58,561 nt of DNA, taken from Lachnoclostridium sp. (GTDB lineage Bacteria; Bacillota; Clostridia; Lachnospirales; Lachnospiraceae). Location: assembly GCF_031984325.1 (NCBI RefSeq), contig NZ_DALZAJ010000002.1. One strand, 5' to 3'. Below are positions 41,448 through 51,066 of the stretch, piece after piece (position 1 is the first letter of the stretch; each line of letters begins with the position of its first letter). The notes below the pieces were generated by a model, which saw only the letters and a program-made list of their open reading frames with translations, made no database searches and was not told the DNA's origin. The position numbers and the translations under genes were made by a program.

Positions 41448-42614
41448 TTACTTTAATCCTGACCACATCACTGCTGCCGCGTTGTATAAGGCTTCTCCAG
41501 ACCAAACACCATTTACGAACGGAACAAACCAAGCAGCAACCAGTTTTTCTGTAGGATCAATAATGAGGCAGCATCCGCCGGCTCCCTCATGGAAGAAGGT
41601 TCCCTGGGTATATAAACTACCTTCATTACAGCGCATATCAGGTCCTAAACCATACTGGCGATAAAGTCCGCCCGCATTCCAGCAATAATCCTTAATATGA
41701 GGTGCTGTATAAAGTGCGGACATTTTTTCTATTGCTTTTCGCCCAATTACTCTGGTTCCATCGATATACCCTCCCTGCAATAGCATAGTACCAAAGCGGC
41801 ATAAATCATATGCTGTGGAATACATGCCTCCACCTGTACCAGGTATCTTCGACCAGAAGCTGTCTTGTTCCTCTGCACTTTGTTGTCCATTCAGTATATC
41901 ATTAATAAACTTTTCACTACGCTCATTTGGGATATTGGTTCTGCTTACAACTTCCTTGTTATCATAGCTAAAACCGGAATCCTTCATACCACAAAGCTTA
42001 ATAATATGCTCGGTAATATAATCATTGGCAAATTGTCCGTTGACTCTTGTAATAATTTCTCCAAGTATTACATAACCAAAACTGCAATAAGCCCATTCTT
42101 CCCCAGGTTTTTTCCGCATTCCACTTCTCAAAGAAGCAGCTATCCAGTTCATACCCTTGTCATGTTCGATAAATGCCCATGGTGGTACAAAATATTTATT
42201 TTCGAAGCATCCTTCATCTGCCTGAAACCCCGAGGTATGGGATAGCAGATGTGCGATTGTGATTTCATTAAAAGGTTTTGTATCAAACTCTTCAATGAAT
42301 TCCCCAACCCTTTGACTTACTCTTAATTTTCCATCCTCCGCTAACTGCCAGATAGCGGTTGCAGTAATCAGCTTAGTAATGGAAGCAATCCGCTGAATGG
42401 TGTCCGGTCTTAACTCTCTTGTGTCCTCTTCCCGAAAAGAGAGCTTACCGACTGCATTGTTGGCAAATACCTTGCCGTCCCTAGCCAAACAATAATTTGC
42501 AGAGAGCAATATCTTTCTTTCTGTCAAATCCTCAAAAAAATGGTTCAGTTTTACTATCCTCTCCTCGTCATACCCAACATCTTCCGGTGTAAATTCCGTC
42601 TTAAAGCTGATCAT
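41448..42614 (-). CDS. Serine hydrolase, beta-lactamase/esterase family
   Basis: IASITK (SxxK), HLLSHTSG, WAYCSFGY, FFHEGAGG. Confidence 0.9.
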   Translation of the reverse strand: MISFKTEFTPEDVGYDEERIVKLNHFFEDLTERKILLSANYCLARDGKVFANNAVGKLSFREEDTRELRPDTIQRIASITKLITATAIWQLAEDGKLRVSQRVGEFIEEFDTKPFNEITIAHLLSHTSGFQADEGCFENKYFVPPWAFIEHDKGMNWIAASLRSGMRKKPGEEWAYCSFGYVILGEIITRVNGQFANDYITEHIIKLCGMKDSGFSYDNKEVVSRTNIPNERSEKFINDILNGQQSAEEQDSFWSKIPGTGGGMYSTAYDLCRFGTMLLQGGYIDGTRVIGRKAIEKMSALYTAPHIKDYCWNAGGLYRQYGLGPDMRCNEGSLYTQGTFFHEGAGGCCLIIDPTEKLVAAWFVPFVNGVWSGEALYNAAAVMWSGLK

Positions 42615-43045
42615 ATTCACTACCTCCTTTTGAATTGTAAAAGTCGAACTGAGTAGAATTCATAACTCATATTAAAAGGTTATTTGTATTTTTTACAATG
42701 TAAATATATTCTAATATTATACATTTTTAGGCCTAGAAAGTAAACTATGAAAAAGTATTGATTTCTATTAACAAGCTTTATATCACTAAATAATTTTGGC
42801 TCATTTGTGACCGCATCCTTGCCATCTGACAAGCATTAAACTTGTACTCTGTGGTTTTTTTAGGTGTTCGATTTTATCCGCTAATTATTAAAGATCAGTC
42901 TTTCGACTGATCTGAGCAATATTGTATAATTAGTTGTTTATAGAAGTAGTCATAAATTCGAGACTCTGTGGGTAAATCTGCAGAAACTCAAGTAAATTAG
43001 TATTATTAAATATAATATTGATTATAGGAAGCTTTTCATGCTCCC

Positions 43046-43507
43046 TTAAACAAATCTTCTCTTTCCAGTCACATATTCCAATGTAATTTGATAAATTGTC
43101 ATCACCTTTAGAGCTTCCTCATTAATGGGATACCCGTCAAATCCACAATGAGCTACAAGTAATTCAAGCCCTTTTATTGCTTCTTGATCAAACACCTTAA
43201 CTGCCTCACCATACCCAATGATACTTTCGTATTCGCAGGTGACACTATGTCCTGTATCAGTAAAGCGATGACAGATGTCTGCTTCTATACACACCTTACT
43301 GTTTCTTCCTATAAGGTCATGCTTTTTCCCTTCTTTCGCACCATGTACATATAATAAGATTTTATTGTCTATTACTTCATATCCAAACGATAACGGTACA
43401 ACATAGGGATACTCTTCGCCAAAAATTCCGATACGAATCGTATCACAACGCTCTAACACATCAACAACTTCATTAAAGTCTTTAATTTCACGATCTGCTT
43501 TTCTCAT
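43046..43507 (-). CDS. Pyridoxamine 5'-phosphate oxidase family (NimA-like) flavin-binding protein
   Basis: MRKADREI, YPYVVPLSFGY, HGAKEGKK, YESIIGYG; ATG after GGAGG; promoter TTGGCA-17-TAGAAT upstream. Confidence 0.88.
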   Translation of the reverse strand: MRKADREIKDFNEVVDVLERCDTIRIGIFGEEYPYVVPLSFGYEVIDNKILLYVHGAKEGKKHDLIGRNSKVCIEADICHRFTDTGHSVTCEYESIIGYGEAVKVFDQEAIKGLELLVAHCGFDGYPINEEALKVMTIYQITLEYVTGKRRFV

Positions 43508-43783
43508 ATAATCCTCCAATTATTTAATAGTAGTAGAAGTAATGTTTTTATTCTAACTTCTATTTTCAAATATGCCAAGTACTTACTTAAATATATATAG
43601 AAAATGTGCCCCACCACACGCTTAAGCCCTATCTTGATTCGATGACTTTTCATCGATACCCATTAGGTGGATTGCAACCCTCTGAGCGTTTTTAATTTAT
43701 AGATAACTGAAGTTATTCCTTTAAATAAGAAAAAGTATGCTTCACAAGCTTCCCTTGAGAATGCGCCCATGCTGGGCTCACCG

Positions 43784-43824
43784 AAAAAAAGAAGTACGCC
43801 TTTAGGTTTGCGTACTTCTTTTTT
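43784..43824 (-). terminator. Intrinsic terminator after the PL9 gene
   Basis: AAAAAAGAAGTACGC..GCGTACTTCTTTTTT. Confidence 0.85.
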
Positions 43825-43841
43825 GATGATAGTAAGATAAC

Positions 43842-46800
43842 TTACTCTTCAATAATAACTTTAATTGATTTCTTAACTCCATCTACGATTACATAAATCC
43901 AATCTGTTTCTGGAGAAACTGCCTTAACAGTTGCAGTCGTACTTCCTGAATTCTTCTTTACAACTGCACCATCTTTTTTACTTGACTTCCAGATGATACT
44001 ATCTTCATCCAATCCATTTACTTTAATTTCGAATACCGCTTCTTCTCCCACTTTCATACGTACAGTACTTTCCACAAAGTCTATGGTTGCCTTTTTCACA
44101 GATATCTTTCTAGTATAAACTTCCCTCGTACCATCCTGCATTGTTACAGTGGCTGTAATAATAGCAACACCAGATTCTTTCGCAATGAGGCGACCATTTT
44201 GTTTTACTGTTATAATACCTGGTTTATTTGATTTATAAGTAACTGTAATCGGTACAAGACCTTCTTCAAGATTACTTAATGTTTCTTTATCAAAGTTCGT
44301 TACTTTTACAACGTTCTTCGGAAGTTTTAAAGCAAACCATCCAAGGTTAGAACTATTGCCACCAACATAGAGAGAACCTGTACGCTTTGGTGTTAAGTGC
44401 TCAAGAATCTCTTCATTTGTCAACTCTGGAGTTGGTGTAGCTGTTGGCGTTGGTGCTGGAGTTTCTTGCTCCGGAGCACTTGATGGTTCAGGTGTAGTGG
44501 ATGGTTGCGGAGCAACTCCGCTTTGATTAAAGTTAACTTTTGGATATACAGATTTTGCCTCTTCACTTGTTACATCTAATCTGGCACCTGAAGTTTTCGG
44601 AGCAGATTCCTTAAGCTCAAGCAAACCATGCATGTTAATTGTACCATCCTCGTTTCTGGTAGGTTTCATTGTAACGTCTGTGTTTACAAACCAATCTTCA
44701 ACTGCTTTTTCGCCAATACTATTATAGGATGCTATTCCATTATGAATATAGTTGGTTGGACTGGATAATGAGAATGGAATTAAGTCTGCCGTACTTGTTG
44801 TCGTACTATAAGAAATCAACCCATCTACTTTCCACTCCATTAAATTGGATGGCTTTTTATTTAAGCCAACGTTGTATCCGCTTCCTGACTCAACATTATT
44901 GTTAAATGATGTACTATTTAAAATAACGTTATCCGGGCAGCTATTACTTGTAATACCTTTCGCACCATTATTAAACGATATTGAGTTTACTAAGGTGTGG
45001 CCACCTTTTAAGTCATTACCACCTAGCTTAAATCCATTTCCTTCACCATAGCTATAACCAGGCGAAGCAACATCATCAGTAGTTAACCAACCATTATCAT
45101 AAGCTACACAGTTTATAATAGTTACTTTACCTATATTTCCTGAAATCGCCTTCGCAAATAAATCCCAACCGTCATCAATATTATTATGAGAAATACAACC
45201 AGAAAAAACATTTCCTTCGCCGCTCGTTAATTTTGCAGCGAAACCATCGGCATCGTTTCTTCCCGGATCACAGTTATCAAAGGATTCCATATTTTTAACT
45301 AAGTTGTAAGATGGCCATAATAAATATTTCAATCCATTGACCTGTTCAGCATTGCCTTCACGACTGATCTGGACACCTGTGTTTTGTGAACCTTCTACCG
45401 TACACATCTCAATAATATTAAAGTTACCACTTATTTGAATACCAACAGCACTTGGATAGTATACATAAATACCATAGATATTCCAGTAGCTTCCTACAAG
45501 CTTAATGCCTTGTCCGTCAAAAATTACTTCACCTGGAGTTTCCGCCACCATAGTAATCGGGCTTTCTTCAGTACCTGAAACACTACGTGCAATTGTTACT
45601 CCATTGCCTTTATATTTACCATTTAATAAGTAAATAAACTGTCCTGGTTGAGCATATTTTACAGCCGTATTGATATCAAGAGGACTTGTCTTTGTTCCTA
45701 AATTATCAGGACTTCCATTCGGAGATACATAAACTATTTCTCCTTCCTGAAAATAACGCTTAACTTCAACCGTTGTTTTAGAGGAAACCTCGTCATAAGA
45801 GGTATAAATCTTTGATTTATCCGGAATGAGTGTTGCTTTAATTTCATTCTTTCCAACAGAAACCGGAATCATGATTTTAACAACTTCATTTTCTTCTACA
45901 TTTAAATTGAAAACTTCCTTATTATCTGCTCCAAGAACAATTAAGTTTCCAGCTGCAGATGTTTCTACGATATATTCATATTCTTTTGCACCTGTAGTAT
46001 TGGTAGAATGCACTCTTAAAGAAGGTCTTATTGCTTCTTCTTTGTCTGTACCACTACCAACTCCCTGACTCTCTGATGTCGCAAAGGTAATATTGGATAT
46101 TTCACAACCAATTTTTCTGGACACCATAAGACCAACGCAGATAGAACCATCCTCTTGAACAGAAAGAATAGATAAATCATCATATTTTAACTCTTCACCG
46201 TTCAAGGATGCATAGAATCCATCATCTGTTTTTCTTAATGTGAATGTATAATCCGTTCCAACATTAAGGTTTCCGGTTGTCTTTTTGTATTTGAATTCTT
46301 CTGTTATTCTTGTAACATCTTCGTTGTTTGAAGTATCATAGGAATTATATCCTGTGATTACACGAAACCCAAGCATATTTGCTTTTGAACTATATAATTG
46401 ATTAGAGATGGAGTTAAAATATTTATGGCCATAGTCGGATTTTCCAAAATAGTTAATTCCTAGCATATCTGTTGCAATTAAGCCAAACCCGGTTTGGTTA
46501 TCGGGTGTTAAACTCGTATCTGTAATCTTATAGGTTGCGGTAAGTTCAAAGTTCGTTGTATTAGGATTAATCATTGTATAATAATAGGAAAATCCTTCTT
46601 CACCGTCTGATATCTTACCAGCTGTAGAAGCCTTCATTTCAACTGTTTTATTGGTATTAGTTATATCAATAGCTTTTTCTCTATTCTTCTTTTCAGCAAC
46701 TCCATCTTTTGAGGATAATACTACCTGTTGTAATACAGTATTACCATCTTTGATAACTGCATTTGTTTCTTGTGCAGAACCAACGGTTGCAAAATACCAT

Positions 46801-48560
46801 TGATATTCCTTTATTACGTCATAAGTATTTTCATAGAATGAAATAAAGTTATCAGCTTCTCTGATAGCAGAAACTCTGATATCGTAAGAACCTGCTTCCA
46901 GGTCTCCTGTAATTAGTCCATGACCGGATGTAGTATCTTTAACAGCTACCTTATACTCACTATCTGATGATTTTTTGTATTCAAGTGTGTATTTATCTGC
47001 CTCTGGGATGTTTATCCAGTCTACATAAATTGTTCCGTCTTCGTTACCTTGTACTAATTCAATTACTGGTTTACGAAGTGACAATACATAATTTGAAAAA
47101 ATGAAAGGTTCACTTTTCTTATCTGGATAACCTGCTCTTTGGGCAGTTGCATAAAACTTATAATCCCCATTGCTTAATGGAGTCATTATAATCTGATCCT
47201 TTGCAGAGGTTATATTTTCTGTGATAACTTCAATTTCATTGCAGAACATTGTAATTTTAACATTTTCTGCACCTTTCATTTCATCAATTAATGCGGAAAA
47301 TTTTACTACAAAGTTTCCATCTTCATTTACAGTAACATCATCTATTGTCGGAGCAAGTACTTCCTCCCAAGGAGTAGCTGGTTCTTCCTGTTTTACTTCT
47401 TTAAAAGCAGCTTTCCAGAATTGTGCTGTAGCTCCCGCTTGATAGAGATAATATGTTTCTCCCTTTGCTACTGGAACTTCAAAAATTTCATATAAACTTT
47501 TACCTGCAGAGTTGACAATTGATTTTTTTAAACCGTCGGTTCCCACTGCCCATAATGTTTTTTTGTCATTAATTTTTGAATATAAAGCAAATACTCCGTC
47601 ACTGCTTGCTGTATACTCTACATAGCAACCGCTATTTGGAATAGTTCCATTTGCGTCAGAGTTATCTGTCTTAGCTTTCGTACCACCAGCTTTTGCATTT
47701 GGTCCCGCTACTGGATGTCCGTCCTCAAAGGTTAAGAGATCTGTTGCGTCATTCTGCGACCATCCATCTCCACGTACAATAAGCCCGCTATCATCTTTAC
47801 CAGCGTTACTAATTAAGTCTTCTGCTGTCCATTCTGTTTTTCTGTTTTCTACCTTTTCAAATGTAACCTTCCAAACTTGAGCTGTTCCTCCTGCAAGATA
47901 TGCATAATAAGTTACACCTGCTTTCACATCAATAGGTACGATATCATATGTACTGCTTGATGTGGTATTTTTATTACTTTCTACCGAACCATCGTTACCA
48001 ACAATATAAAAGGTCTTATTAGATCCTGTTTTCTCATAAAAAGATAGTTTTCCATTCTCGGTTGCCTCATAGGAAATATAGCAACCTGCATCAGGAATTG
48101 TTCCCGGTCCACCGCTGGTTGCCTTTGAACCAGCTTTTGCATTAGCACCTTTTACTTCATATCCGTCCGAAAAGGTTTTTTCATCCGCTGCAGTGTCTTC
48201 CGTCCAGCCTCCATGAAGTTTTAATCCACTATCACCTTCTATTGCAGCTAAAATAGCCTTGGCATCCCATGTTGTGTTATTTCCGATTGTGATAGCTCCA
48301 CCTGATGCTGCAGCAATAACAACCATATTGTCTTGAGTGGATAAAATATCTTCTGGACTCATCTCACCTGATTCATCCGTTATTACATTACCATCCTCAG
48401 ATTGTACTAATGTCTCACGTTCCGATAGCTCGCCTGACGTAGAAGTAAAATCACTCGACATTGCTTGTACTGGCTGTACATTGCCAGTAAAAAAAGTGCT
48501 AAAAAGCATGAATATAATTGTAAAAATTGAAATAGCTCTGTTTTTTGTAACTACTTTCAT
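43842..48560 (-). CDS. Secreted multidomain polysaccharide lyase family 9 (pectate lyase)
   Basis: Signal peptide; DADGFAAK, NIDDGWD, GNGFKLGG beta-helix motifs; PT linker; C-terminal Ig-like domains. Confidence 0.9.
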   Translation of the reverse strand: MKVVTKNRAISIFTIIFMLFSTFFTGNVQPVQAMSSDFTSTSGELSERETLVQSEDGNVITDESGEMSPEDILSTQDNMVVIAAASGGAITIGNNTTWDAKAILAAIEGDSGLKLHGGWTEDTAADEKTFSDGYEVKGANAKAGSKATSGGPGTIPDAGCYISYEATENGKLSFYEKTGSNKTFYIVGNDGSVESNKNTTSSSTYDIVPIDVKAGVTYYAYLAGGTAQVWKVTFEKVENRKTEWTAEDLISNAGKDDSGLIVRGDGWSQNDATDLLTFEDGHPVAGPNAKAGGTKAKTDNSDANGTIPNSGCYVEYTASSDGVFALYSKINDKKTLWAVGTDGLKKSIVNSAGKSLYEIFEVPVAKGETYYLYQAGATAQFWKAAFKEVKQEEPATPWEEVLAPTIDDVTVNEDGNFVVKFSALIDEMKGAENVKITMFCNEIEVITENITSAKDQIIMTPLSNGDYKFYATAQRAGYPDKKSEPFIFSNYVLSLRKPVIELVQGNEDGTIYVDWINIPEADKYTLEYKKSSDSEYKVAVKDTTSGHGLITGDLEAGSYDIRVSAIREADNFISFYENTYDVIKEYQWYFATVGSAQETNAVIKDGNTVLQQVVLSSKDGVAEKKNREKAIDITNTNKTVEMKASTAGKISDGEEGFSYYYTMINPNTTNFELTATYKITDTSLTPDNQTGFGLIATDMLGINYFGKSDYGHKYFNSISNQLYSSKANMLGFRVITGYNSYDTSNNEDVTRITEEFKYKKTTGNLNVGTDYTFTLRKTDDGFYASLNGEELKYDDLSILSVQEDGSICVGLMVSRKIGCEISNITFATSESQGVGSGTDKEEAIRPSLRVHSTNTTGAKEYEYIVETSAAGNLIVLGADNKEVFNLNVEENEVVKIMIPVSVGKNEIKATLIPDKSKIYTSYDEVSSKTTVEVKRYFQEGEIVYVSPNGSPDNLGTKTSPLDINTAVKYAQPGQFIYLLNGKYKGNGVTIARSVSGTEESPITMVAETPGEVIFDGQGIKLVGSYWNIYGIYVYYPSAVGIQISGNFNIIEMCTVEGSQNTGVQISREGNAEQVNGLKYLLWPSYNLVKNMESFDNCDPGRNDADGFAAKLTSGEGNVFSGCISHNNIDDGWDLFAKAISGNIGKVTIINCVAYDNGWLTTDDVASPGYSYGEGNGFKLGGNDLKGGHTLVNSISFNNGAKGITSNSCPDNVILNSTSFNNNVESGSGYNVGLNKKPSNLMEWKVDGLISYSTTTSTADLIPFSLSSPTNYIHNGIASYNSIGEKAVEDWFVNTDVTMKPTRNEDGTINMHGLLELKESAPKTSGARLDVTSEEAKSVYPKVNFNQSGVAPQPSTTPEPSSAPEQETPAPTPTATPTPELTNEEILEHLTPKRTGSLYVGGNSSNLGWFALKLPKNVVKVTNFDKETLSNLEEGLVPITVTYKSNKPGIITVKQNGRLIAKESGVAIITATVTMQDGTREVYTRKISVKKATIDFVESTVRMKVGEEAVFEIKVNGLDEDSIIWKSSKKDGAVVKKNSGSTTATVKAVSPETDWIYVIVDGVKKSIKVIIEE

Positions 48561-48980
48561 CCCATATCCTCCTTCACATTAAGTTTAAATCTAATTATTG
48601 TAATAATTTTAAAAAGACAACATCCTTTAGAATTCTTTGTAATTGTTTACAATTCTGCTAAAATAGCCCCATTTATTTTACATTTGTTTTGATGACATCT
48701 ATACTTGAAAACAATTCTTTTAAGTATTAACTCTATCACAATTGTAAATACTTACATTTTTTCTAAAAGCTTCTTTAAACATACCATATACTCCCTTGTT
48801 TGTAAATACATACATGTTTATTTTGTATATATTTTATTATTTTAAATTTCCTATTTCGTATAATAATTCATATGCATACAAAATAATCTCCCTCCTCTCT
48901 TAACTTCTGGATAAAATTGTGTGTTTTTCTGTCTATTCTAAGTAATATTGCCCATCCAAAGAATATATCTAAGATACAAC

Positions 48981-49030
48981 AAAGATGAGCCAACGTCAAA
49001 ACCCATAGGATTCATTGTTGGCTCATTCTT
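48981..49030 (-). terminator. Terminator-like hairpin after the ABC binding protein
   Basis: ATGAGCCAAC...GTTGGCTCAT inverted repeat. Confidence 0.55.
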
Positions 49031-49151
49031 ATTGCATCTCATTTATATAGAAAAGATATCTTCTTTAACTTAATTTTTAACAACTTATTTTATATATCTT
49101 AACCAAAGGAGCATTTTACTTATTGATTAGTACAGTGTCAAACCTTTTTTA

Positions 49152-50216
49152 CTACTCCCAATAAAACCCTTCCTCCGGTAATTTTCCTCCCACCGACTCC
49201 GGTTTTTGATCATAGAGTACCTTTAGATATCCATTCACTTTATTTTTCATTTCTTCACCACGAATTAATGTAATATTACAGTAAGGAAGTGCTTGCTTAG
49301 CAACAGGCGCTTTAACGATTCCGAATTTTTCAATTAAGTTTGAAGCCTCCTCCACATTACTATTTATATAAGTAACGCTATCCTTATATTCAGCTAAAAA
49401 GGCTTCTACTGCTTCTTTATTCTCATCGGCAAACTTCTTATTAACCACAACGACACCAGTAACTACAGAACTATTGGAATTTAACGCTTCCCATTCTTTT
49501 GTTACATCTAATGCCACTCTTACTTTATCGTTTGTCATCTGTACTGTGGTAACATAAGGTTGTGGGAGCATCGCAATTGCATTATCGGTTTCACTTAATA
49601 TTGCCGCAACTTCGGTTGCTTCGGATTTATATTGAATGGTTACGTCCTTACTTGGATCGATTCCATGAGAACTAAGGAGATAATTTAGAGTAAATTCTGG
49701 TGTTGTTCCCTTACCCGTTGAGTAAATTGTTTTCCCCTTCAAATCTTCTACACTTTTTATGGAATCACCAGTTTCAACAATATATAATACTCCAAGTGTA
49801 TTAATGCCTGCTACCTGAATCTTCCCTTCACTGTTTTGGTATAGAATAGAAGCTAAGTTACAAGGAATTGCAGCAATTTGAAAGTCTCCCTTAATTAAGT
49901 TTGTTGTGATTTCGTCTGCTGTTCCAGCGATTGTAAAGTCATAATTGTTTGCAGTCTCTCCGTTTTCTGCTCTCTCCATCAACTCTACCATTCCCATTGC
50001 TGTTGGTCCTTTTAGGGCTGCAATATTCATTGTAATTTTCTCAGCAGTGCTCTCCTCCTCTTTCGTTGGTTCTTCGGTTGGAGTTACTGTTATTTCTTCT
50101 GCCTTGGTTGGCTCTGGTGTTATATTGTTATCCTCTGCATTCTTTTTTGCCTGGCAACCCGCTAACACCACCATACTAAAAATAAGTGTAAGAATCAAAT
50201 ATTTATATTTCTTCAT
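49152..50216 (-). CDS. ABC transporter substrate-binding lipoprotein (NitT/TauT/SsuA-like)
   Basis: Lipobox LAGC, ALKGPTAMG, GINTLGVLY, GKGTTPE, LPQPY; ATG at 50216. Confidence 0.88.
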   Translation of the reverse strand: MKKYKYLILTLIFSMVVLAGCQAKKNAEDNNITPEPTKAEEITVTPTEEPTKEEESTAEKITMNIAALKGPTAMGMVELMERAENGETANNYDFTIAGTADEITTNLIKGDFQIAAIPCNLASILYQNSEGKIQVAGINTLGVLYIVETGDSIKSVEDLKGKTIYSTGKGTTPEFTLNYLLSSHGIDPSKDVTIQYKSEATEVAAILSETDNAIAMLPQPYVTTVQMTNDKVRVALDVTKEWEALNSNSSVVTGVVVVNKKFADENKEAVEAFLAEYKDSVTYINSNVEEASNLIEKFGIVKAPVAKQALPYCNITLIRGEEMKNKVNGYLKVLYDQKPESVGGKLPEEGFYWE

Positions 50217-50412
50217 AAAACCTCTATTCCGGTGCACTTTACACCTTTTATTAATAAGCAATTTACTTTCAATGCAAAAAAACATTATACTATTTCAGTC
50301 AACATTATTAGCCTAGTTGATAATTAAACTGAAATGTATGCCATTTACTTGCGAATTGAGGTAAAGCCTGCTTAATTCCAAGCCTTGCTACCTACTCATA
50401 TCCGTAATTTAA

Positions 50413-50661
50413 CTATGATGATTTTGAATACATCGTCTTAACGCTGATTCCCTTCACCATACCTAATTTACCAGATAAAGAACTAATCACATTATTTTCT
50501 GCATCTACTACCACACTAATTATACTGACATCCTTATCTTTATAAGGAAGGCCCATTCTACCGATTATATAACTGCTATATTCATGTAAGATATGATTCA
50601 CCTCTGCTGATGCACTAAGCTGCTCCACTATGATTCCAATTAATGCAATTCTAGTATCCAA
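50413..50661 (-). CDS. TM1266 family (iron-only hydrogenase system regulator; ACT-like fold)
   Basis: TRIALIGIIVE..VNHILHEYSSYIIGRMGLPY..LSGKLG; TTG start after AAGGGGG. Confidence 0.85.
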   Translation of the reverse strand: MDTRIALIGIIVEQLSASAEVNHILHEYSSYIIGRMGLPYKDKDVSIISVVVDAENNVISSLSGKLGMVKGISVKTMYSKSS

Positions 50662-50874
50662 GATTATCCCCCTTTCAATTTTTATTAAGTAAAGCTACTC
50701 CCCATGAAGGACAGTAAAAAAGATGCTTTAAAACGTCTCATAGACAAAAAGCAATTCAACCCATCGCATCCTAAGTTATTACTCCTTCGCTATGATTGGT
50801 TGAAACCTTATTTACTAATTCTCAAACACATTCTTCCTACTTTAATAAGTATCCGAAATAGAGGGAAGAGCTAA

Positions 50875-51031
50875 AACAAAAATGGCTTTTGAAAGCTGAG
50901 ATGAATTCCTCATCTTCTTTCAAAAGCCTGATTTACGCTTTTATCGTTTTCTTTAAAAACAGAACTAATTTTTCTGTCTACAAAACTCTTCAAATTGCGC
51001 TTCTTTATCAGGTGATTCCTTCTATGTCAGC
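50875..51031 (-). ncRNA. Candidate structured leader/sRNA of unknown family
   Basis: Follows a perfect sigmaA promoter; nested stems; ends in a 12-bp terminator stem plus T-rich tail. Confidence 0.55.
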
Positions 51032-51037
51032 GACTAC

Positions 51038-51066
51038 ATTATATAGCATATTTTAACAACTGTCAA
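51038..51066 (-). promoter_or_regulatory. Perfect-consensus sigmaA promoter overlapping the regulator stop codon
   Basis: TTGACA(51066-51061)-17 nt-TATAAT(51043-51038). Confidence 0.85.

Larger units (their letters stand above)
39696..42882. mobile_element. Probable decayed genomic island at tRNA-Gly (no integrase left)
   Basis: Degenerate copy of the tRNA 3' end (GTTCGATT----TTATCCGCT, 42866-42882) followed by a hairpin similar to the tRNA terminator; truncated genes inside. Confidence 0.55.

Noticed and set aside
43621..43631. Pistol ribozyme (CTTAAGCCCTA match)
   Set aside because: The upstream P1 with its AGGGC pseudoknot partner and the AAAUA linker are absent
50690..50710. yybP-ykoY (Mn) riboswitch start GGGGAGTAGC on the minus strand
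   Set aside because: Only ~35 nt remain before the start codon; no room for the rest of the aptamer
50875..51031. 6S RNA or TPP riboswitch identity for the candidate RNA
   Set aside because: ACCUGAU is present, but the UGAGA junction and P5 loop of TPP are not in place; length and bubble geometry do not convincingly fit 6S
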